A DNA stretch of 64,000 bases from a virus (taxonomy: Duplodnaviria > Heunggongvirae > Uroviricota > Caudoviricetes): positions 26,709 to 90,708 of the IMG/VR virus record IMGVR_UViG_3300042923_000692; one strand, 5' to 3'. Below the pieces are notes generated by a model, which saw only the letters and a program-made list of their open reading frames with translations, had not been told where the DNA came from and did not search any database. Positions within the stretch are counted from its first letter, which is position 1. The number at the start of each line of letters is the position of its first letter. The translations under genes were made by a program, and so were the position numbers. This document shows positions 53,634 through 62,885 of the stretch, piece after piece.

Positions 53634-54515
53634 TTAGGCAGTCTTCTTGAACGACCAGTCGTCGTCCGAACCAGCCGCGAACTTGTATGCACCAGTCGAC
53701 GGCGTGGCACGAATGACCAGCGTGTCGTTGAGCACCGCGATCGTGACCGTGCCGGTGACGACTGCGTTGGTGTCTGCACGACGGTACGTGACACCAGTGA
53801 CGGTCGGAATGGTGATGACACCAGCCGCGGTGGCCGTCGGAGCGGTCGGCGTAACAGTGGTCTGACCACCAGCGAACATCGTCACTACTTCGTCAGGCAG
53901 CGGGAGGCGAGCGTTGGTACCGGCGGTACCGTAGAGCGCCTCCTCGAGTGCGGTGAGGTTGGCCGCGTTGACCTTGGTCGAGTCGATCGTGATGATCGCC
54001 GTCGGCTTGAAACCCGTAACGGGCACGGGAGTCGTGGTGACTTCCCAGCTGAACGTGATCGCCTCGGGCGAATCGTTGACCGTGTTGTAGGCCTTCTCCG
54101 ACGGAGCCGCGAGGGCGCCATACACGAGGTGCAGCTTGTAACCGTAGTCAGCTCCGACCGAGTCGTTACCGAGCTTGGTGCGGTACGAGAAGCCAAAGGT
54201 CTTTCGAGCCTGCTGACCAATCGACACACCCGCGGAGGGGTTGGCCGTACCATCGCACTGGGCGAAGGCCGTCGGATACGTGTAAGCCTCGATGGTCGCG
54301 CCGAACTCCTCGGCGGAAACCAGGTTGAGGTACTTGATGTTGTCGGCGTACAGTGCCGTGGCCTCAGCGCCCGTGGGCGACTCGGTAACCGCGGTCAGAC
54401 CGTTCCAAGCGTAACCAGTGTCATAGACACCGCCAGTCGGAATGTACAGCACGCCTCGGTCAACACCGGTCTCGTAAAGACGCTCACCGGTGCCATCCCA
54501 GGTAAGGATTGCCAT
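53634..54515 (-). CDS. major tail protein (paralog 1, with C-terminal Ig-like T-rich extension)
   Basis: 293 aa; conserved N-terminal block plus TVTPTAPTATAAG... extension. Confidence 0.6.
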   Translation of the reverse strand: MAILTWDGTGERLYETGVDRGVLYIPTGGVYDTGYAWNGLTAVTESPTGAEATALYADNIKYLNLVSAEEFGATIEAYTYPTAFAQCDGTANPSAGVSIGQQARKTFGFSYRTKLGNDSVGADYGYKLHLVYGALAAPSEKAYNTVNDSPEAITFSWEVTTTPVPVTGFKPTAIITIDSTKVNAANLTALEEALYGTAGTNARLPLPDEVVTMFAGGQTTVTPTAPTATAAGVITIPTVTGVTYRRADTNAVVTGTVTIAVLNDTLVIRATPSTGAYKFAAGSDDDWSFKKTA

Positions 54516-54529
54516 GATCTACTTCCTTT

Positions 54530-54865
54530 CTAGAAGTATAAGAAATAAACTCGATGGTACAGGCCGTCCTGAGAATAGGCTCTTTCAAACCTAGCTCGAA
54601 GCGTCTCCACCTTGTTTCGAACCGGAACCGAAGGATCGCGATCGATACAAGTGACCTGCCACGCATCGACCCGTCGATAGGGATCGTTGTTCGCGTAGAT
54701 AGCATCCTGATCATCGTAGTGATACTCGATGGCTGGATACTCCATGCTGGTGTTTTCATCCGCACCGAAATAGACGTTTCGAGTTTGAAGGAAATCAACG
54801 AAGATTTCGTTCAATACCTCTTGTCTATTGGTTGGAGGACTAGGGGGTGGAGGCCCGGGGACCAT
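54530..54865 (-). CDS. head-tail connector/completion protein (by position)
   Basis: 111 aa. Confidence 0.4.
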   Translation of the reverse strand: MVPGPPPPSPPTNRQEVLNEIFVDFLQTRNVYFGADENTSMEYPAIEYHYDDQDAIYANNDPYRRVDAWQVTCIDRDPSVPVRNKVETLRARFERAYSQDGLYHRVYFLYF

Positions 54866-55178
54866 TGTACACCTCCCCGAGACTGAGAATCAGGCGTGGT
54901 TCCTTCTTCTCGATCCGGGAGATGTACCAAGTAACGCCCTCCCACTCGACGAATCTAATGGCAGGGACGTTCTTGAAAGCGTATTCGGTAGCCAGAATAC
55001 TGATTCGATTACTCACCCTGTTATTACGACTGGTCGTATTCTCACCGTCATCGACGGAACGACCGGGCTGGAGGACGTCACCAAAGAACTCAAGTTCGGT
55101 GATGACGTCCTCCCGTACGCCAGGACGAGTCTCTTCAGTCTTGCCGAAACCGACTTTACCGAAGAACTTGTCTGCCAT
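54840..55178 (-). CDS. head-tail adaptor-like protein (by position)
   Basis: 112 aa. Confidence 0.4.
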   Translation of the reverse strand: MADKFFGKVGFGKTEETRPGVREDVITELEFFGDVLQPGRSVDDGENTTSRNNRVSNRISILATEYAFKNVPAIRFVEWEGVTWYISRIEKKEPRLILSLGEVYNGPRASTP

Positions 55179-55199
55179 TTTGAAGGATTACTCCTCGAC

Positions 55200-57425
55200 T
55201 CAGTACGCGTAGAACCAGTCGGTGTCGATGCCGTGCGGGAACGAGTAACCCGTAGCCGGACGTGCCTCGACCTCGGTCGACTCGGTGATCGCGGGCAGGG
55301 CGCCAGCGGTCTGCTCGACGTTGTCGATGTAGTACTTCACACCGGTCTGAGCGGGGATGGTGATGACGTGAGTCGCCGGCACGTAGGTCGGCTGCGTCGG
55401 GGTAACCACCGTACCGAGGTTCTTCTTGATGACGAGAGCCGACTTGGGCTTCGTCAGCGCACCCGAGATGCGGGACTCGATGAGGTACTTGTACTGGTTG
55501 TAGTCGATGTCGAAGTCATCGAACATGCCAATACGGCCACCAGCGTCAGCACCAACCGTGTAGTCCTGCAGGTTGACGATGATACCGAGGATCTCAGGAG
55601 TGTCCTCCATGACCTCGACGGTCACGATGCGAGACACGCGAAGCGCGGCCGCAAGCGACTCCTGCGTCTCGTAGAGACGACGGCCAACCTTGTCCTTCTG
55701 CAGGATGAGGTCGGTGAGGATCTCGTCCGTGGTGAAGAGGACGGGGTTGCCCGAGCCCTTGTAGTTACGACGAGCGTAGAGGATGCCCTCGACGATGTCA
55801 TTCGCGGACGACTCAGCCGCCAGCGTGACAATGTGCGAGTACATGTCGTGATCGAACGCGATGGGCCGAATGTGGTCCTCGTCGATCTTGTCCTCGTCGT
55901 CAACCTCGCGGCCGTCACCGATGAGGATCGCACGCGCGATTTCCTCATCGAGCATGAGACGCATCTCAGCCTTGAGCCAGGCAACGACGTCCAGGTCGAC
56001 GATGTCGATGATGTCGTCACGGTCCAGCTTCTGCTTCTTGTAGACCGTGGTGGGCGTGGTCACTCGCTTCAGGAGCTTGATAACCTCGTCCTTCTTCATG
56101 TTGCCCTTGACGTAACCCTTGGCACGCGCCTCTTCGGCGGTGATGTCGGCCACGAGCGTCTTGATGCGCGAGAAGGGCGAGTGACGGGTGCCCTCGAGCA
56201 CCGTCGCGACCCACTCGGTACGACGCTTGAGGAGCTCAGGCGTGTTCTGGAGCGCCTTGGCGTCCGGGAACAGGAGGTCGATATCGATGATACCATACTC
56301 CTGAGCGTGCGCAAGGATGGCCTCCTTGAGCGAGCCGTCACGCTTGGCGTCGGACATGATGGTGTCAAGCTGCGAGTGGCTCAGAGTAGCCTGGCCCGAG
56401 CCGGTCGAAGCGTCGCCGGTGAGGCCGGCCTGCTCGAAGAGGTTGTGTCGCATTGCGTCGAATCCTTCCTGGATCTTAGAGTCGAAGTGAGCAAGGAAGG
56501 ATTCCTTGTCATCCTCGGAAATGCCGGTCTGAGCAAGCTCGCCGGAATCGGTCTCAGCGAGAGCTTCTCCGATAAGATAAGCAACGACCGCCTTCTGCTC
56601 CTCCGTGAAGGAGTCATAGACGTCCTGGACCGTCTTGTCTTCGGCGTGCTCCAGGGTGTTGTCGGTGGGCATGTTGTCTCCTTCAGTAGACGTTTCATAG
56701 GAGTGAGCGAGAGCTTCTCCAATGAGGTGATGAACCACAATCTTCTGAGCACCAGTCAGCGAGTCAAAGACCTGCTGCATGTTGTCGTCGGCGTGCTGAA
56801 GGGATTCGGTAGAGTCGCCCTCAGCGTGCACAAGTGCCGCCTCGAGAAGGTGGTGAACAACGACCTTCTGGTCATCATTCAGGGATCCGAGGACCTCCTG
56901 AACCGATGTGTCGGTGTCGTCTTCGATGATCGATTCGGCGCCATTTTCAGAATGAACAAGCTCAGCAAGAGGCTGCTCGTTGAAGATGTACGCCTCGTGC
57001 TCATCCTCGATGAACGAATCCCCGTGAACGAGGTTAACGTTCTCGATAACGGCGCCAGGATTGGCTCCGGCAAGCACCAGACTGACCTCGCGAATATCGC
57101 CGTGGTAAACCTCTCGACCGCCGTCTACACGACGCTCATTGAGATTGTTGGCGAAGATCGAGAGAGCTTCGATGTCCTTGTGCTGGACCATGAACTTGGC
57201 CTGCTGGCCAGCTTCACTCGCGTTGAAGTATCCATGACAGAATACTCCGAATGCGCGGTCTTCGAGAATGGCATGACCGAGGACGGCGCCCGGGTCATTG
57301 TGCTGATGCTGCCAGACGAGAGGAACCTTCTTCTTGTCCATGTGCGCAAAGGCACCAGACTTGATGGTTCGACCGTCGGAGCACTTCTGGTCGTTGACGC
57401 TAGCCCAGCCGCTAAAGTCGGGCAT
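55200..57425 (-). CDS. prohead serine protease - scaffold-like repeats - HK97-fold major capsid fusion protein
   Basis: start likely second ATG (MPDFSGW) after a GGGAGA SD; HK97 gp4-like protease region (GDIREVSLVLAGANPGA); three QK(I/V)VVHHL(I/L)(G/E)EALAH repeats; C-terminal capsid-like region. Confidence 0.65.
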   Translation of the reverse strand: MPDFSGWASVNDQKCSDGRTIKSGAFAHMDKKKVPLVWQHQHNDPGAVLGHAILEDRAFGVFCHGYFNASEAGQQAKFMVQHKDIEALSIFANNLNERRVDGGREVYHGDIREVSLVLAGANPGAVIENVNLVHGDSFIEDEHEAYIFNEQPLAELVHSENGAESIIEDDTDTSVQEVLGSLNDDQKVVVHHLLEAALVHAEGDSTESLQHADDNMQQVFDSLTGAQKIVVHHLIGEALAHSYETSTEGDNMPTDNTLEHAEDKTVQDVYDSFTEEQKAVVAYLIGEALAETDSGELAQTGISEDDKESFLAHFDSKIQEGFDAMRHNLFEQAGLTGDASTGSGQATLSHSQLDTIMSDAKRDGSLKEAILAHAQEYGIIDIDLLFPDAKALQNTPELLKRRTEWVATVLEGTRHSPFSRIKTLVADITAEEARAKGYVKGNMKKDEVIKLLKRVTTPTTVYKKQKLDRDDIIDIVDLDVVAWLKAEMRLMLDEEIARAILIGDGREVDDEDKIDEDHIRPIAFDHDMYSHIVTLAAESSANDIVEGILYARRNYKGSGNPVLFTTDEILTDLILQKDKVGRRLYETQESLAAALRVSRIVTVEVMEDTPEILGIIVNLQDYTVGADAGGRIGMFDDFDIDYNQYKYLIESRISGALTKPKSALVIKKNLGTVVTPTQPTYVPATHVITIPAQTGVKYYIDNVEQTAGALPAITESTEVEARPATGYSFPHGIDTDWFYAY

Positions 57426-57453
57426 ATGGTCTCCCATTTTGAAGATCTCCTTT

Positions 57454-58713
57454 CTACGGTTCGATCTGCTTCAGTTCGAGCATAGGTTCGACTTCAGCGG
57501 GAGTTATGGGTTGTCCGGTTTGTTCCCGAGTCAGGTTGGAGTTTCGAAGCTCGTCTGCCTTGGGGTCTTCCGATGGCGAGAACCCGATGATGCCACGGAA
57601 CTCATTCGACGAGAGAATCTCGTTACGAGTGAACTTGTCCGCGATCTCAGCGAGCTGACTGATCGGAACCAACTTGAACGGGTCGCGAGCAAAGTCGACA
57701 GCCTGTCCCTGGGTTCGTGCCGTCTTGGTCACGAACGTTCGGTTCAGGGCTTCACAGATTGCTCGAAGAACTGGCTCAATAGTTCGGTTGTAGTAGTTCA
57801 GCATGGTAGCCTCATCCGCAGTACCGTCGAAGACGGACTTAGTGAGACCGAGCTGGTTGTACAACTGTTCGGTGAGGAACTCGACCTGCTTGAGCATGTT
57901 GTTCTCGGCAGGACGGTTAAGCTGAGTAATCTTCTCAGCACCATCGGTGTAAGCGATGCCGTACTTACCTCGAGCAAGCTGATCTTCGATGTCTAGACGT
58001 CGATTGTTGGCCTGCTTACGACGTTCCTCAGTCTTGATGACATAAGGAAGCTGCACGATAAGGTCGAGTTTGCCGGACGCCGAAACTTCGTCCACCTGAT
58101 CCAAAAGCTGGAGCTTTCGAATTAGACGCTGAAGAATCGAGTTTGGCTCATTCATGACCGCATAGAGAGGATTCTCCACAATGGCCACGATTCGCTTCGG
58201 TAGAATGAGTTCGTCGTGACGACCCATCTCCTGATTCCAAATCTTAACTCGAACATGCTTCGGGAACCACCCAACGACTTCGCCGACCCTAAGACTCTTA
58301 ATGTCGTAACCGCCGGTATACTTGGGGTTGATCGTCGTGTCGACCGGAACCACAGCAATAACACCCTTATCAAAGAGTGTCATGGCCATGTCCTGACGGA
58401 AGGCAGTAGCTGCCTGATCCAAGTTCGCTTCAACGGTGAGACACTCGTTCAGGCCAGAATTGACCTGTTCGAGATACCGACCATTTGCGTCGCGACGAAT
58501 GTGGCGAATGAACACCGAAGCGACATCAACCCCAAGACGAGTGTAGATTGCGGAAATGATCGAACCTTCGCCGGAAATGCGAACTCGAGGACGATCTGGA
58601 CGAAGACCGTAACTGGCACCGTATGTATTAGCATACGGCATCGAGTACTCGGTCTGGTTCTCAGTGTCTACGAAAGCATTCCATGCGTGAGAAATACGAT
58701 CACGAATTCCCAC
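57454..58713 (-). CDS. portal protein
   Basis: 419 aa; position between terminase and capsid protease; portal-like size and composition. Confidence 0.65.
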   Translation of the reverse strand: MGIRDRISHAWNAFVDTENQTEYSMPYANTYGASYGLRPDRPRVRISGEGSIISAIYTRLGVDVASVFIRHIRRDANGRYLEQVNSGLNECLTVEANLDQAATAFRQDMAMTLFDKGVIAVVPVDTTINPKYTGGYDIKSLRVGEVVGWFPKHVRVKIWNQEMGRHDELILPKRIVAIVENPLYAVMNEPNSILQRLIRKLQLLDQVDEVSASGKLDLIVQLPYVIKTEERRKQANNRRLDIEDQLARGKYGIAYTDGAEKITQLNRPAENNMLKQVEFLTEQLYNQLGLTKSVFDGTADEATMLNYYNRTIEPVLRAICEALNRTFVTKTARTQGQAVDFARDPFKLVPISQLAEIADKFTRNEILSSNEFRGIIGFSPSEDPKADELRNSNLTREQTGQPITPAEVEPMLELKQIEP

Positions 58714-58745
58714 AAGCCACCTCCTTTCTTAGATAGATATCGCTA

Positions 58746-59252
58746 TTACTTCCAGGCGCCAGAAGCCTTATCGAAGGCCAGCGCGACTGTGCTGTAGGAG
58801 GTAAGTCCCTTATTGTCGGCAAAAGCCTTTGCGGCAGCGGCGGCACCACGCTTACCCTGAATAGAAGCGGCGAGATTACCCGCACCCTTATCCAGAACGG
58901 CTAGCGCGATTGGTCCAGCCAGAATTGCAGCGCCAACGGCAAGACCCTTGGCAGTGCTAGATGCGTACTCCTTGGATCGAGCTTTAACAATGGATTCGCC
59001 GTTGGCGATTCGTTTCTCGATCTTACGAGTTCCGCCTCGACCAACATTCTGAAGATCGTTAACGCGCTGCATCTTCGTGTATCCGGCATCTCGAGCAGCT
59101 TCAGAGTTAGCCTGACGCTCAGCTTTCTTTGCCGCAGATTTCTCTTTGCCTCGCTTAACTGCGGATTTAACTCCGTCGGTGGCACGACTAACGCCCCACT
59201 TCATCCCCTTAACGCCATAATGGGCAAGGAAATCATCTACGTTGTCAGACAT
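58746..59252 (-). CDS. DDFLAHYGVKGMKWG-family protein 1 (possible capsid-targeted internal protein)
   Basis: start MSDNVDDFLAHYGVKGMKWGV; basic, Ala-rich. Confidence 0.5.
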   Translation of the reverse strand: MSDNVDDFLAHYGVKGMKWGVSRATDGVKSAVKRGKEKSAAKKAERQANSEAARDAGYTKMQRVNDLQNVGRGGTRKIEKRIANGESIVKARSKEYASSTAKGLAVGAAILAGPIALAVLDKGAGNLAASIQGKRGAAAAAKAFADNKGLTSYSTVALAFDKASGAWK

Positions 59253-59253
59253 G

Positions 59254-59784
59254 TCACCTCCCAAAGTTCTTCAAGAACTGTGCGCCAGATTCAACCAACC
59301 CGGAGTTCTTGATGCTAGAATATGTAGCCTTGCCGGCTTTTGTAACGACGCCTCGAATCGCGGGATTCTTATACGCCGCATAGACTGCGACAGCGGATAG
59401 TGCTACTGGGGCACCGGTACCGAGTGCAAGGTTCTTGACGCCGCGGGCGGTCTTAGCCGTACCCTTAACAACATCCTTACGCTTGCGCTCACCACGAGCC
59501 TGAGAAGCGCGCTTACCGAGGTCCTGACTATTAAGATGCTGATCGAAAGCTTTAGCGTAAGCCGGGTCCTTCTTGGACTTAGCTTCCACCGTGGCCTTAA
59601 TCAACTTCCGTCGAGTACCAGCACCTTCCCCAAAGAACATCTTAGCCTTGGCGAATTCATCGGCATCTTTCCTAGCTTCTCGACTTGTTCTAGCCGAGAC
59701 TCCGGGAATGGCAGCACTACGCTTACCCCAACGCATACCCTTCACGCCATAATGGGCGAGAAAATCGTCTACGTTGTCGGTCAT
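59254..59784 (-). CDS. DDFLAHYGVKGMRWG-family protein 2
   Basis: start MTDNVDDFLAHYGVKGMRWGK. Confidence 0.5.
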   Translation of the reverse strand: MTDNVDDFLAHYGVKGMRWGKRSAAIPGVSARTSREARKDADEFAKAKMFFGEGAGTRRKLIKATVEAKSKKDPAYAKAFDQHLNSQDLGKRASQARGERKRKDVVKGTAKTARGVKNLALGTGAPVALSAVAVYAAYKNPAIRGVVTKAGKATYSSIKNSGLVESGAQFLKNFGR

Positions 59785-59785
59785 T

Positions 59786-60163
59786 TTAAGATCCTTCTCG
59801 AGCCCGAGACGCCTCGTTAACGGCGCGAATCTCATTGATCGTCTTACCGATCGCAACACCCTGAATGATGGTGTTAACTGCGGCGACGCCAATCCTAACC
59901 GACGGGTTGTTACCAGCGAGCGAGGTAATTGCCGATCCTCCGACGTTAGTGACCAAATTGACCATTAGCGACTTACCGACCGACTTAGAAATCGCCTTGC
60001 CGCGGGAACCACCGGAAGTATCCAGTCGCTCCTCACCAGCCTTGCGAAGAGTTTCGCGATTGGCCTTGCGTCGATCAGCCTTGGATTCACCAGCCTGACG
60101 CTTACCCCATCGCATTCCTTTAACACCGTAGTGCGCGAGGAAATCGTCCACTTCAGTGGTCAT
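59786..60163 (-). CDS. DDFLAHYGVKGMRWG-family protein 3
   Basis: MTTEVDDFLAHYGVKGMRWGKR. Confidence 0.5.
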   Translation of the reverse strand: MTTEVDDFLAHYGVKGMRWGKRQAGESKADRRKANRETLRKAGEERLDTSGGSRGKAISKSVGKSLMVNLVTNVGGSAITSLAGNNPSVRIGVAAVNTIIQGVAIGKTINEIRAVNEASRAREGS

Positions 60164-60171
60164 AATTTCTC

Positions 60172-61917
60172 CTATTCGAAAGCATCCTTGTTGAGCTTAT
60201 AGGCAACCCAGGCGTCAAGAAGAGCCGACACATTATCGATCTTTTGATCCTGTCGCTTCTTGAGAAGCTTTCGGTTACCGTTTGTGTCCTCCATGGTGAT
60301 GGCGTTACCCATAGCGAACTGCATAAGAGCTTCATCAAAGATGAGTGCCTTTTCGCCAGAGAGATGCTTTAGCTCACCCAAAGGTACGGATTCGGTGCGA
60401 GCACCCTGAATAACCTTCTCGATACCGAAAGGACCATTCTCAGATTCCCAACGGGTAACGAATTCCTTAGCGTTGTAAGGGTCGTAGCCAAAGCAACGAA
60501 CATCATACTCCTGCGAGAGAATGAACTTGTCCAGGTCGTCATACACATCCATCATGTCAAGAACATTGCCTGGAAGAACCATCAAGGTTCCCTCAGCCAT
60601 GAATTCCTGATACTTGAAGACGAGAGCCGCCTGGAGCTTTCTCATTGTCAGTTCGGAGATATAAGCTCGAGTCTTTACGCCAAAGGATCCATCACGAAGC
60701 GGGAATAGGAAAGTGAACGCACAGAAGTCATCGCCCTGAGAGAGGTCGGCACCCATGGCACACGGCATTCTCTCAAAGTTCTTCGGATTGTGCGGAACCG
60801 TCTCTTCATACGTGAAGAAGTAGGTGTAACCCTCCATCGGAATGCCGAAACGCTTGGCCAAAATGTCATTGCGCGCAGCAGGGACACTTTCCATTCGTTC
60901 GACGTCTTCCTGATACGTCTCGTATGTAACCGTGTAGTTGATGTTGGGCTGGGCCTTGGGCCACATCGCCGGGTTCGAAACCTCGTCGATGGAGTCGAGG
61001 TGATACCACCAGATCGAGACCTGAGGAGCCCAGTAGTCACCCTTAAGGATGTCCTGTAGTTCCATTTTGATGGTATCGCCGGAACCGTTACGAACCGTAC
61101 CCTCCGAGGAGATGGCGACGATCCAATAGCCCTCTTCCTTAGCGGCTCCCTGCTCCAAAGCACCGATAACGTCCTCTCGAACGTCACCAGAGAGCCACTC
61201 ATCCACGGTATTGTACTTAGTACGAAGACCCTGGAGCTTGTCGATGCGCATGGGGCGAATCTCAAGCAGTGAGTTAGTAAGGAAGTTCTCAATACCTTTT
61301 TTGGTACTGACTAGCTTCTGGCGGAGAGCTCGGTTACCAGTGGTGTTCTGGAGCGACCCCTCGGTGAGAAACTTAAAGTAAGGACCACGTGCGCGAGTAA
61401 TAGCAGTGCGCAAAGGCGAAAGTACTTCATCGGCCTGCTTCATTGTGGGCGCAGTAGCGATCTGATGCGTGGTGGCTGTGTCAACGGTCAGACCGTAAGC
61501 ATGCAGCGCTTCGGCATACATGGACTTAGCGCCACCTCGAGCAACAATCAGATACTGCTTCTTCGTAAGTCGTTGCTTAACCATCTTACGAACGTAATGA
61601 CCGCCGTGGTTGTCCGGCGAAGGTTCGTAGACGGTCTTCTCCCTGAAGGTGAACCAAGACAGAAGGTCTTCGGCCCAGAGCTTAAAGGTGTCGAGAAGTT
61701 TGAGAGGCTCACCATCGGTGAGGGTCAGTTCGTTCTCGCAGAAATCGACGAAGCCGTTAATGGCCAGATCGTCGTAATAGTAACGAGAGTCTTTGATGCG
61801 CGCATCGATTCGCAGCATCTGAAGAGAGACCTTTTCATTAACAGGAATCTCTCCGTTGATAACCGCTTGACGGAACATGCCGTAATACAACGGCACAGCC
61901 GTATTCGATAGGGCCAT
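60172..61917 (-). CDS. terminase large subunit
   Basis: 581 aa; ATPase and nuclease arrangement typical of TerL. Confidence 0.8.
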   Translation of the reverse strand: MALSNTAVPLYYGMFRQAVINGEIPVNEKVSLQMLRIDARIKDSRYYYDDLAINGFVDFCENELTLTDGEPLKLLDTFKLWAEDLLSWFTFREKTVYEPSPDNHGGHYVRKMVKQRLTKKQYLIVARGGAKSMYAEALHAYGLTVDTATTHQIATAPTMKQADEVLSPLRTAITRARGPYFKFLTEGSLQNTTGNRALRQKLVSTKKGIENFLTNSLLEIRPMRIDKLQGLRTKYNTVDEWLSGDVREDVIGALEQGAAKEEGYWIVAISSEGTVRNGSGDTIKMELQDILKGDYWAPQVSIWWYHLDSIDEVSNPAMWPKAQPNINYTVTYETYQEDVERMESVPAARNDILAKRFGIPMEGYTYFFTYEETVPHNPKNFERMPCAMGADLSQGDDFCAFTFLFPLRDGSFGVKTRAYISELTMRKLQAALVFKYQEFMAEGTLMVLPGNVLDMMDVYDDLDKFILSQEYDVRCFGYDPYNAKEFVTRWESENGPFGIEKVIQGARTESVPLGELKHLSGEKALIFDEALMQFAMGNAITMEDTNGNRKLLKKRQDQKIDNVSALLDAWVAYKLNKDAFE

Positions 61918-62102
61918 CGCCGACCCTCCTTTCTAGGTGTTACGTGGGGGACCTAAGCCGTCCCGGGAAAAGATCCCCCACGAGTTCACTCGTAACCCAG
62001 GAAAGCAGCGAAACTATCGTCCTCTACCGGCTTAGTGCTGGTGGGGGAGCATCCGTCACACGGACGTACCGTGCAGCTACAGTTTTTAGCCATGATTGGT
62101 TC

Positions 62103-62501
62103 CTACTTCTTGGGCTTCGGAATAACGTAAGATGCAGCTTCGGCAATATCGAACTTGCGCTGAAGAGCTGCCTTGATGCCGTACTTCATACCACCAGCAA
62201 GAGCCACTCCAGCAACCACACCTGTGGAGCTTAGAACGATCTTTTTGACGGCGGTTCGGCCAGGACTGAGGTCTGAATCCAGAAGATCCTTAACCTTTTT
62301 CTCCTGCTGAAGACGATTGACCAGCTTGTCCAGATCCTTATCGCTCAGCGTCTGGCGCCGGCGACGAGCATCCTTTCGCTGAGTGCGAATCTTTTCTTCC
62401 TTTTTGGTTCGCTGTACTCCGGGACTAACCAGTCCCTTTGAAACGCCCCATTTCATACCCTTTACACCATAGTGCGCGAGGAAGTCGTTTACGTCAGTCA
62501 T
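62103..62501 (-). CDS. DFLAHYGVKGMKWG-family protein 4
   Basis: MTDVNDFLAHYGVKGMKWGVSK; C-terminal TM. Confidence 0.5.
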   Translation of the reverse strand: MTDVNDFLAHYGVKGMKWGVSKGLVSPGVQRTKKEEKIRTQRKDARRRRQTLSDKDLDKLVNRLQQEKKVKDLLDSDLSPGRTAVKKIVLSSTGVVAGVALAGGMKYGIKAALQRKFDIAEAASYVIPKPKK

Positions 62502-62510
62502 GTCACCTCC

Positions 62511-62885
62511 TCATCTTAAAGGAATGGGGGATATGGTAATCCCGTCGAAACTTCTGTTAAGTTTGTACGCCATAAAGGCAATACCTGCGGCAACCGAAGC
62601 GCCAGTCAAAAGACCAGAAACGATAGCGTCTTTGTTGTCTTTTACGAGGCTGGTTGTAAAGTTTTTAGCAGCGGTTCTTTTGGGACTGAGATCCTCATCC
62701 AAAAGTTCCTTTAGCGTTTTCTCTTTACGATTTCGATCAACTAGTTCATCAAGAGTTTTGTCTTTCAACAGTTCTCGTCTAGCTCGTTGATCCGCTTCTT
62801 TGGCGGCCAATTTAGAAGCTCTACGAACGCCCCACTTCATACCTTTAATTCCGTAATGCGCAAGGAAGTCGTCGACATCCATCAT
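62511..62885 (-). CDS. DDFLAHYGIKGMKWG-family protein 5
   Basis: MMDVDDFLAHYGIKGMKWGVRR; C-terminal TM. Confidence 0.5.
   Translation of the reverse strand: MMDVDDFLAHYGIKGMKWGVRRASKLAAKEADQRARRELLKDKTLDELVDRNRKEKTLKELLDEDLSPKRTAAKNFTTSLVKDNKDAIVSGLLTGASVAAGIAFMAYKLNRSFDGITISPIPLR

Noticed and set aside
54828-57485. 885-aa plus-strand ORF opposite the capsid/protease genes
   Set aside because: Antisense; extreme Leu/Val/Arg/Asp composition; no start context.
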